Made by a program: the position numbers and the translations under genes. Below the pieces are notes generated by a model. The model did no database searches, was not told where the DNA came from, and worked only from the letters and a program-made list of their open reading frames with translations. A stretch of 63,921 nt of DNA, the filler included, from Hyphochytrium catenoides (taxonomy: Eukaryota > Protista > Hyphochytriomycota): the NCBI GenBank assembly GCA_900088475.1. It is 10 parts of 10 records of this genome, joined end to end, with 100 filler letters (N's around TTAATTAATTAA, not from the genome) between each part and the next. Parts side by side here need not be neighbours in the genome. Positions count along the whole stretch, not along the records: positions 43,076 to 51,710 come from FLMG01004177.1; positions 51,811 to 54,169 come from FLMG01001399.1; positions 54,270 to 58,401 come from FLMG01002405.1; positions 58,502 to 63,921 come from FLMG01000731.1; 6 more parts are not named here. One strand, 5' to 3'. Position 1 is the stretch's first letter; the number at the start of each line of letters is the position of its first letter. This document shows, piece by piece, positions 50,177 to 62,254 of this stretch.

Positions 50177-51710
50177 ATGATGCGCCTGACCTACGGCCTC
50201 TGTTGGCTGGTGGCTGTGGCCTCAGTCTTGCTGTACGTCACCACCATTCCACGTGCCTTCTTTCTATATGCACCAACTCTTCAGGTGTCCTCCAAAGTAT
50301 GGACGAGTGCCCCCATGACCACTGGCAATGTCAGCTCAGCTGCTGAGGGTTTAGGGATTGCCTCGCAGGTAGTACTCGAGGCCCCAACGTTGCCCGAAAA
50401 GAAGAGCGGCAGCAACGGCGAGGACGGAGGAGGAGAGAGTTTAGGCAGGGCTATCAGCTTCATTAGAAGAAGAAGTACCTCAAGCTCCTCTTCCTCTACG
50501 TCATCCACTCCCTTCTGTAGGGACATGCTGGTGCAATGGGCCACTGCATGTGTGGACACCGGCGCCTATCTCCATCAGACATGCGACACGCCAGAGTTCA
50601 ACAACAAAGTCTGCATTCTCGAGGTTGACGAGAGAGACCTTGTCACTGACAGGAACCCCAAGTCCAAACAATCCTCATCTTCAGCGTCAGCAGCCTTCCT
50701 ATCACTCTGGGAAGTAGACTTCACGCACTCCTTGGAGGCCCTGTTAGTCGGGTATTTCAGCAAGTACGCGCCATCAATCTTAGACTCAGCGACTCAGGCC
50801 GAAGTGGTGCTGAAGGCGCAGGCTGGATATGGCAGCTGCAGGATCATCCAGGAGGGAAGACTGTCACCTGGCTGGCTCACTCCTTATCTTGTCGCGGCAG
50901 AGCTCAAGGAGGCAGATGTCAGAAGTGATAATGGTACCATCACTTCCAGCACCGCCAAATACCAGGACGTCTATAAAGTGACCCTGCAGGAGACATATGA
51001 GAACCTATGGGGCCATCTTACAGCCACTTTTGTTGATGTTCCTGCAGAGACCTCACGAATCCGATACATCCGAGACTACATCCCTTCTATGGTCAGATCT
51101 GTTAAGTTCTTCCCACTATCAGAGTCGGTGGCCCCTGAGGGCTTCTATGATAACTTCATGATGCTTAAGGCTTTGGTTCCTGGATGTGATACTATCTCCA
51201 GAGCCAACTATCTTGTCTCCAACTGGCGGGCCACATATTACAACGCTAGCAGACTGAGGCTCGAGGTGCAGGGTAATGGGTGGAAATTTGCTTCGCCTGC
51301 CATCATCGGCCTTGAGCTTCTCCGCGTTATCGGTTATGTCTCTCATTACTATGATCTCACTCCTGATGACGCTGGGAGATTGTTGTTTAAGGGAAGAGAA
51401 CTGGACGCCGGCGCTGGTTGTGCACCTGCAGGGCACACAAAGAAGATATGGGACGCCTTCGTCTGTGCAGCAGTCAGGGGAGACCTCCCCTTTACGTTCA
51501 ACACAAGGAGAATGGTGGCGGGACTTATTACGGAGAGTCCGAAGTTCCGCACCGCTCTTCAGTCAGACTTCTCTAGTCTATTCAAGGTTCTGCAAAATCT
51601 GCATCGAAACCTGAAGCTCAGGATGAGAGCCAAAGCAGGGGCTCGAGTGGGCTCAGTCCATGATTTGGATGTGACCTACATGCGGGATGTGAGCCCCATA
51701 GATCGGACCT
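50177..51710 (+). CDS. Hypothetical type II membrane or secreted protein, 3' truncated
   Basis: Intronless ORF of more than 510 aa with an N-terminal signal anchor, a Ser-rich stem and a globular domain. The architecture resembles Golgi enzymes, but I recognise no motif. Confidence 0.75.
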
Positions 51711-52586
51711 NNNNNNNNNNNNNNNNNNNNNNNNNNNNNNNNNNNNNNNNNNNNTTAATTAATTAANNNNNNNNNNNNNNNNNNNNNNNNNNNNNNNNNN
51801 NNNNNNNNNNGGGCTCCTCGGCTGAATCCAGACGCGCCCTTAGCTTAGTTACATACCCTAGAAAAAAAAAAAGACTCTTCACAGAATACCAAATCCGGCC
51901 TTGGGTAGCGGGGGTAAGGCTCTACTCGTTCTCCGCTACAAATTCAAGTTGCGGCATCGTGCTAAGGGAAGATCGACGTTGCCTTAAACTCGCCGGTACG
52001 ACCCCAAGCTCTCCCAAGCGTCCCGCACCTACCTGCAGGGAAGGGGGGCCATCTTCTCTGGACCCCTTAAGCTCCTCAACTAATTGTTGGCCACCCTCGC
52101 TGTGAAATGGATTCTTGGCTACAGGAGGGTTTACGATAGAACCCACACGAATTTTTCTGCTGACCCGCCGAGCGATAGAGTAGCGCTCAATCATCAATCA
52201 CTTTGCTGATCGGCACTTACACAGTAGTGTGTCGGTGGCAGTGTTATCAGTACCTCTTGGCAAAGGGGACATCCGAAGGATCTCTTTCTCTCTCTCTGCC
52301 TCATAATAACCGCCCAGATATCGCTCTATGCAGGACAGTATATTGGCCTCTATTTACTCTGTACATGCATGACTTGTTCTAGCGCTGCCGTCTAAGAATC
52401 CGCTGCTTCACTGGACCAACCAATCACGTAAAGAAGAAGAAGGAAAGGTTATGCACTGACGGCATCACATTCAGAAAGAGCGGCACCATCAGCTCTCTTT
52501 CTCTCTCATGCATTTATTGTTAAGCAAGCAACGGGAAACCGACTATGCTTCCACGATGAAAAGCCTAACAAAATTGACATCAACAG

Positions 52587-53147
52587 CTAGCTTCCCATGG
52601 GCGGCGAGGAGGATGCTCCTCCTCCTCCAGCAGCCGCAGCAGCAGGATCACCTTCAGCAGGTGGCTTGACGGGCGCAAAGAGCTCGTCGTCCGTGACGCC
52701 GATAACCACTTTAGACGTATAGGGATCGATAGGCCGTGAGCAATGATCATGGACAATCTTCCATTCGCCCTTGATCTTCCGCAAGCAAGCTGTCGCCCTG
52801 ATCCAGGAGAGAAACTCTGGATTGTTCTGCTCCTGCTTGGAGCTGAAACGGAACATCCAGTGAGCAAAGGCAACGTCTTGCCCTGCGACCACATGGAGAT
52901 CTCTCTGTTCGATGTCAGTATCTGGAGGTAGGCACGGGAAGCAGTACGCCCAAGCTTTCTTAAGAGAGGCGGTTCCTGTGCTCTGGTAAGGTGGGATAAC
53001 ATCAAAGTAGATGACTTCATCTACATAGTGCGACACTATGGCATCGGCGTCCTTCTTCCGAATCGCATCCAGCCAGCTGTTGACCACGTGTTCCACTTCT
53101 TCTATCTCCTGCTGAGAGGTAGGCTTAGAAGCAGCCTCAGCCTGCAT
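52587..53147 (-). CDS. SnoaL-like / NTF2-fold protein (YybH / ketosteroid-isomerase-homolog type)
   Basis: Intronless 186-aa ORF: WLDAIRKKDADAIVSHY...FDVIPP...G...AGQDVAFAH...WIRATACLRKIKGEWKIVHDHCSRP. Confidence 0.88.
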   Translation of the reverse strand: MQAEAASKPTSQQEIEEVEHVVNSWLDAIRKKDADAIVSHYVDEVIYFDVIPPYQSTGTASLKKAWAYCFPCLPPDTDIEQRDLHVVAGQDVAFAHWMFRFSSKQEQNNPEFLSWIRATACLRKIKGEWKIVHDHCSRPIDPYTSKVVIGVTDDELFAPVKPPAEGDPAAAAAGGGGASSSPPMGS

Positions 53148-53563
53148 TCTTCAAGAGAGTGTTCTTCAAGAGAGTGTAAGGACAGGGATAATCGCTGTGC
53201 TAGACAGCTCTGTGTAAGGCTTCACTCTGGTTATGGATCTATGAGTCCTAGAGATGTAGACTGGGTGTCTCGTTGATGGAAAGTTTAAGACTGACCTAGA
53301 TGACGGCAGTGCAAAAGTACGGTCTTACAGATGCCCTCACTTCTCTTCTTTCTCTCCTTATGAGCGAGCCACGAGCAAGCAAAACCCTGCCAGGAGGGCA
53401 GCAGGTCTTCTAGCAAAGCACTGGCGGGTGTAGGAGCGCTACTCAATGTATTTAAAAGGGAACAGAAGGGAACAGAAGCAGTCGCATTCATCCTGCTTTG
53501 ATGAGGAGGAAGACGATGAGGAGGCCTTCTCTCTTCTCTCTCTCTCTCTCTCTNNNNNNNNNN

Positions 53564-53595
<32 letters not shown>

Positions 53596-54954
53596 CTTTC
53601 TTTCTCTCTCTTTTTCTCCTCCCCCTCTCCCTCCTCCTCCGCTCTGCTGGGCCAAGTCACCTTTGTTCTTTGTGTTGGGCGAAGCAGCTGCTGCTGCTTT
53701 GGCTCTTCTTCCTCCTCCTTCCACCAGCACCAGCAGACTGGATAATTGCTACTTTACTGATCATCATCCTCATCAGAGCCTCGTCTGCTTTCTTCTTCTG
53801 CTGCTTCGAGGTTCCGTGGCCACCATCTCCTCCGTCCTCCCCCAGCCTCGCAGCAGCAGCAGCAAGAACTCAGTGACGGACCGAGAATGAATGTCTTCTT
53901 CTGATATTCTTCTGGCGGGAGTGGCATGAGCACCTACTGCGCGCTGCTTGGAGTGGTTGCTATGCCAGATAATAATAGAGAGGGTTATGGATAAGACCAC
54001 TATAAACCTTATTATACAAAATACTGGCATTTCGTCTCTTTCTAGAAAGCTATATTCCACTCATTTGTTGCTTCAGGACGCCCAGCGGCCTTGGAGATTA
54101 GGCCGAAACTTGCGGCTAATAATAATAAGTAGCAGGCCCGCTGTCGCGGTGCCGGAAGGCCCTTGGCCTNNNNNNNNNNNNNNNNNNNNNNNNNNNNNNN
54201 NNNNNNNNNNNNNTTAATTAATTAANNNNNNNNNNNNNNNNNNNNNNNNNNNNNNNNNNNNNNNNNNNNAGTCGTTGATACTTGGTACTTACTTACTTAC
54301 ATCTACCACCGAGCCTGATCAGCTCAGGAGCCATCAAGAGACGAGGATCCGCGCCCTCATCACTCATCAACAGCCACGCACCAACTGCAGCCTGCATTCA
54401 GCCTGCAGCACCGGCACGGGCTCCTGCAGCCGCCGCCTTCTCTACTACTGGCATGGGAACACTGTCCATCCAAGCTTCATAGACCGGGGACACGGGGTCA
54501 AGCTCCAGACGGGACTGAGGCTCGAGATGTATAGTAAGATGCATAGGTGTGATGGAAGGGGTAGGATTACGTTGCCCACGGCTTCTTGAGCCGCTTCTTG
54601 GGTCGCGTCTACGCACTTTGGCCTTATGGCAATTGAAGAGCCCAACTACCCTTCAGAATGAGACAGCTTTACCCGACGTGAGAACTTTACCACCAGCCCA
54701 CTAGAGATTCTCTTACAAGTAGCCCAAATGCCGAAGCTGTTCCAGCCTCGGCGCTGATGGGCCGTCCTCGTCGGATGAGCCTCAGCAGCCCGGCTATTAA
54801 ACTAGAAGCAAGGGCTATTCTACGGAGCTAAGAAGAGAGTTCCACCCATGGAAAACTTCTACATTTGCGCGTTTGATTATCTTCCCACGAGCACTAGTCT
54901 CCCTTCAGCCGAGCCTGAAGCTCAAGTCTGTCTCTTAGCACTCTTTGTCTAAAA

Positions 54955-57900
54955 CTAGCTCTCCACTTCCGAATCCGAGTCGTAGTATTCTACGTACTGT
55001 GCGCGAACTAGCGCGCCTCTCCAGACCGCCTGGATTCTGACCACAGCTCTAATGAGCTGCTCCGGTCTGTTGAGCCAATAATCAAGTTAGGCAACTGCGA
55101 CACACGTGCCTAACCGTCAGACGTGTGGCAGCTTACCTGACTGGCTCTCTTGCCATTGTTGTTCGTGCCTCTTCGCTGACGGCTGCTGTCTTCTGTACTG
55201 GTTTCTTGGCCAAAGCCAACGCTCTCTTTAGGTTAAGACGCTGCTCCACCAGCTGCCGCAGAGCCTGCTTTGAAGTTTCCTGCCCCGGATGAGCCTTCTG
55301 TTGGTTGACTTCACTCTATGGGGCTGGTGTTAGCGCCTTTGGAACTCAAAGCCAACTACCGAACCTCCTCTTATACCCTTACATGCGCTGCTTCTGCTAG
55401 GCGTTCCTTCCGCCTTGCCCTGATCCGCTCCTGGATCAGCATTTCCAATTCCCCTTTTCGACTTTCCACCTGCCCCAGGAAAACGATTTGGCGATGCCGC
55501 TTCGCTTAGAGATCGAACACAGGCTCATGAAGCGTGCACTAACCTCTCCTCTGGCTGTCAAGGATCTCTCAGAAGCACTTGCCGAGCCAGGGTTTTGGGG
55601 CAAAGCATGGCGCAGTGATTTGCGAACCCTAGAATCCAGCAGCTCCTCCTCCACCTACGCCGAACATGGCATTTGAGCCTGTGCAGTCGAAAAGTGTGGC
55701 TTGTACTTACCTTTCGAAGTGCGATCCGACCACGCACTGCCGCCTGAAGCTTGACGATCGCCCCAGCTGCCTTCGTATCAAAGGCAGGTAGATTGACCGT
55801 TTCCTTAAGCAAAACGGAGCACTTAGAGTCAATCAGCATGGCGTCATCAAATAGAAATTAGGGCTCACTGCTCCTGGGGTGAGGATTGAACGTCGGGTGT
55901 GCTGGGTGTGCGCTTCCAGTATTTTCTCCAGATCTAGGGTCTCCACTGCAGCAGCCGGAAGCTGCGATGCCTCAACCCTATCCTTTAACAAAAAGAGGTC
56001 CATTTTCTCCGGAACCTCCTTCCCTATATCGTTGCAGTTCTCAGCCTGCCTTTCCATAGCTGTCCTAGCCTCTGACCCTAGTCAATGAATAGAGCTACTG
56101 ACCTGTTGCGCTGTACCAAACAAGTAGTTTACCGTCTCCTTCGCCCTCCACCCGTGACCTCAGATCGGCGACCGTCACTCCTGGTGATATTGTGGCTCTA
56201 ACGCTCTGGTCAATCCTATGGATATCTAGCTCCCATGGGTGGANNNNNNNNNNNNNNNNNNNNNNNNNNNNNNNNNNNNNNNNNNNNNNNNNNNNNNNNN
56301 TCAGGCCTGCTCTTTGTTCTTGCATTGGAGTATGCGTGGCCTCTTGCGCCGTCTGGATAGGTAGCGCATTCGATACCGGGTGTCCATCCAGCGGAGACAC
56401 TCGGTCAGACTGAGACTTCTGCGCTTCAGAAGCATCATTCCCTAATTCCTTTTTCATTGTCTCTGGCGGTGCACACTCTATACCCTGAGCGGGTAGATTT
56501 TGCACTGTGTGAGATTTTGCACTGCTGGGTATTGCAAGGTTATCGGCTTCGAGGCCATGCAAGACAGCTAGAGAGGGAAAAGAAGTTCTAGCCTCCGCTT
56601 CCAACTCCACGGTGAGCCCGTCCGCGGTTGCTACAACGTCACCTGGCTCAGGGACGGCCGGAGAGGCTACCTCCCTATGGATGGTCGCTTCAGACGATCG
56701 TTCCTTGGCTCTTTCTGGAGCCTGGATTCCATGCTGAAGGCGAACTAGCTGTGAATGAGAAAGAAAGAAAAGGTGAGAGGGGGTGCGAAGGAGCGACAAG
56801 GTTGCCTGTCCACCTGGTCCGCGGTGATTTGAACACGTTGGGAGAGGCTAAGTAGGTCTGTGGAGTGCTGGTCCTGCATTGTGGCGAGCTTCTTCTCGAT
56901 GTCCTGAAGAACAGGTCCAAGCGGCTCTAGTGATGACTTTGCCTGCGGGGTAGAGTTGATAAGAGTTTAGGACTTGGAACTTGCACTTGTAATGCCTAGC
57001 CCCCTTTCTTACCTGAGCGACCTCTTGCCTAACATTACTTCGGAGCTCTGTCAGTTGCTGCAGGGTTCCTTCTAAAATTTCCGCACGAACCTTCACCACT
57101 TCCTCCTTCAGCGTGGCTTGCACTGCCGACTATGTGGTCTGAGCGACATGCTTAACTATAAAGAGGGGAAAACATACTAACCACCAACTCTTCCACGTGC
57201 TTCTCCTTGCTCTCCCTCTCACTTCTCAGTAGCGCCTGCACAGCGAGCTTTACAGACAAAGTAAAAGAAAGGTCAATCAGCATACGCCGTCCTGATTAGA
57301 CAATGAACGAACAGTTCTCACTGCATCCGTCCTGAAGGTCTCTTGGAGTTCCCTGAGAGACTTCTCAGAGCGATCTATGCTTGCCTGCAACTCCACCCGG
57401 CTTGATGTCGAGGCAAGTTCTGTCAGATGGAGCGTTAAAAAAAGGCTCCGACGAGAAGAGCAAGCCGAAACTAACCTTGCTTCTGTATGAGGTCCAACAG
57501 CTCGTCGTGCTTCAAAAGAGCACTCTGCTCCACTTCTCTCATTCTCTCCATAATCTCCTCCCTTAGCTTCCACACACGCCCTTCCAAGACTGATGTCATA
57601 CTTCTCTGTTCAACAGGCACGCCGCCTTCGGTCTAAGAAAGATTTGAGTTAACCCCAGCTATCATTCTCGCCCTTCGAGTAATATGCATATGTCTGACCT
57701 CTCCGGGGGCTGAAGCCTTCTTCTGTTGCAGTCCGAGGGCCCTGTCACTGTCCGATACTGCGCTGCTAGGCTTATCTTCTTGTTTGCGGTTGGTCTGAAC
57801 CTCTGCAGCGGTCCTTTGGGCAAAATCCCCCTCCACAGCGTGGGCTGTGGCGGCATGCGCCTCCAATGACGAGCTTGATATAATTTGTTTTGTACATCTT

Positions 57901-58401
57901 CTGCACTGGTTATAGTCAGTCTGGTCGGGTCTCCCACACACTCCCTGCATCTTGGACTCTACGGACAAGACAGCGTGGGGGCCAGAGCCGATCCCACTGA
58001 CAAGCAGCTTGTAGACTCCCAAGGCCTGCTTCTTTCGGGAAATCTCGGAGCGCAGCCTTTTTGCCTCCCGATCCTGCAGTACGGGTCAGTTAAGACCAAT
58101 CGGCTTGCATAGGTGTTATGAGAGGTTACCATTTCCATGTGCTGCTGTCTCAGGTTTTTCAGAGGCATCCCAACATTCTGCGCTTGGCTCTCCAATGCTA
58201 CACAGCTTTGCAGGAGATGGGACTGTGCTCTCTGCAGCTGACGGACGGACTGCTGCGCGGCCTTGATCAGTTTCCAAAAGTAGTGGTCGTTTCCCTTGCG
58301 ACCTGGCTTGCAGCTTTCTTCAGGTGGGCGCATGGTCAGAGCCAACTCAGCGAAGTGCTGAAGCCGCAAGATGTCATTACTAGCACGAATAGCATCAAGG
58401 T
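54955..58401 (-). CDS. Multi-exon coiled-coil protein with two IQ motifs, 5' truncated
   Basis: The 3' exons splice in frame to include IVKLQAAVRGRIALRK and VVRIQAVWRGALVRAQY, with a stop at 54955. Upstream exons encode coiled-coil-like segments, and their boundaries are less certain. Confidence 0.7.
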
Positions 58402-58501
58402 NNNNNNNNNNNNNNNNNNNNNNNNNNNNNNNNNNNNNNNNNNNNTTAATTAATTAANNNNNNNNNNNNNNNNNNNNNNNNNNNNNNNNNNNNNNNNNNN
58501 N

Positions 58502-59187
58502 AGCGCCTCTTCAGCTGCCTTGGACCTCGAGAGAGGGACGAGGACGGGGTAAATGTGATACATTCCAGGCGCACACAGTTCCGTCACCGCCACACCAGCC
58601 GCGCGGCAGAGAGACGCAAAGGCCTTGCAATCTTCCACGAACCCTTCTCTTCCCCCGTAGATCAGCTGCAACGAGAGAGAGAGAGAGAGAGGAGAAGTTA
58701 GAATTTAGAGGAAAGAGGGGAGGAAGAAGAAGTACTCAGGAGAGAGATGATGCAACTAATATGCCTTCGATTGCACTGAAGAAGAGAGTGAAAGATGCAG
58801 AGGCCAGTGCGCGAATCTTTCCTCTCCTCTATCTATTCTTGCGCACGAGAGAGAGAGAGAGAGCGAAAAAGATAAAAACAGAAAATGCGAGGAAGAGAGA
58901 CCGGACATAGAGGGCAAAGGAACTCGGAGGAAAAGAGCAAGAATGTGCGATCCTCACCAGGATGTCGGGCAAGCCTGAGAGCTGACCATTGAGAGGAGAG
59001 ACAAGAGGATCTGACAATGACTGAGCGGGGCCAGCAAACAGAGTACTGCAGGTCTCAAGCATCGGCCNNNNNNNNNNNNNNNNNNNNNNNNNNNNNNNNN
59101 NNNNNCTCTCGTTGCTCACTTCTTGCTTGCACTGCGTAGGGTGCCCTACTCATCCCTCAGCTAGTCAACCTGCATTCTTTATACCTT

Positions 59188-59220
<33 letters not shown>

Positions 59221-60976
59221 GCTCTTAAACCTCTCGTCGCATCGCGCTGCCTTATAAACCACGTCAAGGAATATTCCAACAAAGATAATCTTCTGTTCCC
59301 TGCTTAAACTTTTCTCTCTCTCTTCTTACCACGCTTACCTAGTAAGGATATCCTCTGAGCTGTACAGGTCCACAGAAGGAGAGAGAGAGTCCATCCGGAG
59401 CCAGGGAGAGAGAGAGACAATTGAACGAGGGAGAGGAGACTTTGTCCGGAGGAGAGAGAGACACAGAGAAAGGGCAAGGTTGCCACCTGCAGAGTCCCCG
59501 CCAACGTGGATCTGGGATGTAGAGAACCCTTGCCGCAGGAGCCACTTTAGAGCCTGAGAGGCAAGGAGGAAGGGAGCGAGAAGAGAGAGAGAGAGAGAGT
59601 AAGCGTCGTGAGGCAGGAAAGAGGAGAAATATCAGGAAGTCCCTGAGGTCTGGTAAGCAACGTCCTAAAGAGACAGCTCCACAAGTGAAAGGAAAACACA
59701 TGGGAAGGAAAGTACTCACAGGGAGAGGTAGGACTAGAAGGAGAGGGAGCCCGACGAACAGAGAGAGAAGAGAGAGGGAAATCAACAATGGGGGAAGAGA
59801 GAGAGAGAGAATGCAGCTTCAATGTACCGCTTTGGCCGCGTTGAGTTGTGCTGGGAACTTGTGCTCGGGTGCAAGGGGATAATCAACGGAGAGGAGAGAG
59901 AGAGATCCGCCCGCCGCCCGCACCTCTTTCAGAAGAGAGCCCATGGCGGTGACGTACATTAGAGAGTCGCCCATCACGTAGCTGGAGATAGAGACAGGTG
60001 AGAAAGGGAAAGTAAACTGGGGAAGAAAACATAGGGAAGAAAGTGAGAGAGTAGCTCATGTTCGTAGGGGAGAGAGAAAAGCAAACAGAAAAGGAGATTG
60101 GCAGTGCTACTAAGGAGCAGAGTGAGTCCGACAGAAATGAGTGTCATAAAGGACATAGAGAGGCGAGAGAGAGAGGAGAGAGAGAGAGAAGAGGGTGGGG
60201 GGCGATGGGGAAGATTTTGTCAGGCAGCTTAGAGAGCATCAGAAGAGAGATTGTGTTGTCCATACCCGCCGCCGTGGAAGTAGAGAAGCACTGACCGAGG
60301 CTTCTCCTCTCCAAACCAATGACCTGGTAAGGGGAAAGAGAGCAAGGAAGAAAAGGGAGTAAGAGATTCGAAAAAGAGGCAAGACAACTGAAAGAAGGAC
60401 TAGAAAGAGGCTGGCCGAGAAGGGAAAATGCAGAAGAGAAGGTACAAGGTAAGAAAGAAACTGAGGCAGAACTCTACGAAGGAAGAGCGGCAGAAACACT
60501 TTGCTTGACTCTCCAGGGAGGATGATGCCTCACCGGTAAAGCCTTCTTCCATCAGGGGCCTGATCGGAATCTGCCGTCTGGAGGGACAAACGGAGAGACG
60601 GTGCCAAGTGAGCCAGAGAGAGACACAGAGAGAGAGAGAGACAGAGAGAGAGGAGAGAGTGAGAGAGAGAGGGAGGGAGGGAGAGAGAGCGAGAGAGAGA
60701 GGGAAGGAAAGAGAAAGAAAGACAGAGAGAGGGAAAGCAAGAAAGAGAGAGAGAGAGATAATAGTCGCGGCCATGCGAAAGAACAAATCCTTCTCTAACT
60801 TACCTGTAGCAGAGAAAGAGGAGAAAGGAGAGGGGCTTGGCGAAGTAGTGCGTCGCATACATTCCTTCCAAGTGATAGCGGGACCGGTACATAAAGCTGA
60901 CGTAGAGCGCAGGGAAAGAGACTGTCTGTGTGAGTCAGAGACGCGCGCTAGAGAGAGAGAAAGGGAGACAGAAAAG

Positions 60977-61025
<49 letters not shown>

Positions 61026-61259
61026 GACATACCTGAGGGCGTTGACCATCACTTCGTCCAAGAAGTCGAGATGCCGCCGCGGGCTCATCAAGCGGTGGAT
61101 TATCCCGCCCAGCAGCGCCGCCGGGAGCAGCAGTAGGAGCGCTGCTAATGAGCGGAGGGAGGCCCGGCCGCAAGCATGGGGAGAGGGAGGAGGCGAGCAG
61201 GCTGCGGGTGGTGGACGGGAGGAGGAAGAAGAGAGGAGAGAGGAAGGAGAGGAAGCCAT
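58502..61259 (-). CDS. Alpha/beta hydrolase, HSL (Abhydrolase_3) family, 3' truncated
   Basis: Exons 61259-61033, 60896-60804, 60577-60534, 60323-60266, 59981-59828, 59553-59339, about 59066-58958 and 58665-58502. Motifs: LYFHGGGY, VDYPLAPEHKFP, GGDSAGGNL, LSPW, GGRE, GMYH. There is a hydrophobic segment near the N-terminus. Confidence 0.92.
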
Positions 61260-62131
61260 CGGGAACGATGATAGTGCTGGAGAGCTGGGGTTGGAGAAGG
61301 AAGTTAGGATGGAAGGGAGGGACTTCAGTCATCATAGGGACGGAGGGGAAGACCAGAGCGGGAGAAGGGGAAGCAGGTCAGTGGGGGAGAAGAAAAGAGA
61401 GAAATTTATAAAGAACAAAGAGACAGACAGAGAGAGAGCTAGAGAGAGAGAGCATCAGTAGGGGTGAGATCAACAGAAGAAAAGCGGACGCAGGAAGCCG
61501 AGACAGACAGGAAGAGAGAAAACAAAGATAGCGACAGGAGGAGAGGGCCCGGCCCGGGGAGGAAGAGGTTCTACTACCACCTCTGGGCCGTCGGTGACTC
61601 TTCCTTTTGTTCCTTCTCTTCCCTCCTCCTGCTGCTGGCGAGGTTCTCGGTCAGGACTGAGGGAAGGAGAAAGAAGAGAGAGAAATAGCCGTGATCTTAT
61701 ATGTTAGAAGGAGCGCTAGAGATGCGGCAACGCTGTGAGGAGGAGTACGCTGCTGCTGGCATGGACCGACTGGGGTGATGATTGCCTTCTGACTCAGGGG
61801 AAGATGGGGAAGTGAAGGAAGTGAAGATGGGCGGCGGCGGCGCGGGAGGGAGGGAGGGAGTGGGAGAGATGAGAGATGCTGCCAGGAATTGAAGAGGGAA
61901 GACGAGGAGGGAGGGGAGCGGGGAGGATGGAAGAGGGAAGGAGGAGGAGGAGTGAGGAGGAGGAGCGGGCGAGGCCGCTGCTGATGAGACGAGAGAGGCC
62001 GTGTGAAGCTTCCTAGCTCCTACGAGTAGCTCCTCGATTCCAGATAGGTATGAGGGTGTTCGGGATGAGCACGTCCCAATCGGAGATGCTTGGAGCCTGT
62101 CATGGAGAGCGCAGAAGAACAATTCAGAGGG

Positions 62132-62133
<2 letters not shown>

Positions 62134-62225
<92 letters not shown>

Positions 62226-62254
62226 GAGGAGCAGGAGGAGCAGGAGGAGCAGGA
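62134..62254 (+). repeat. (CAG)n/(GAG)n trinucleotide repeat, about 120 bp
   Basis: Long AGC run interrupted by, and grading into, AGG units. Confidence 0.95.
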
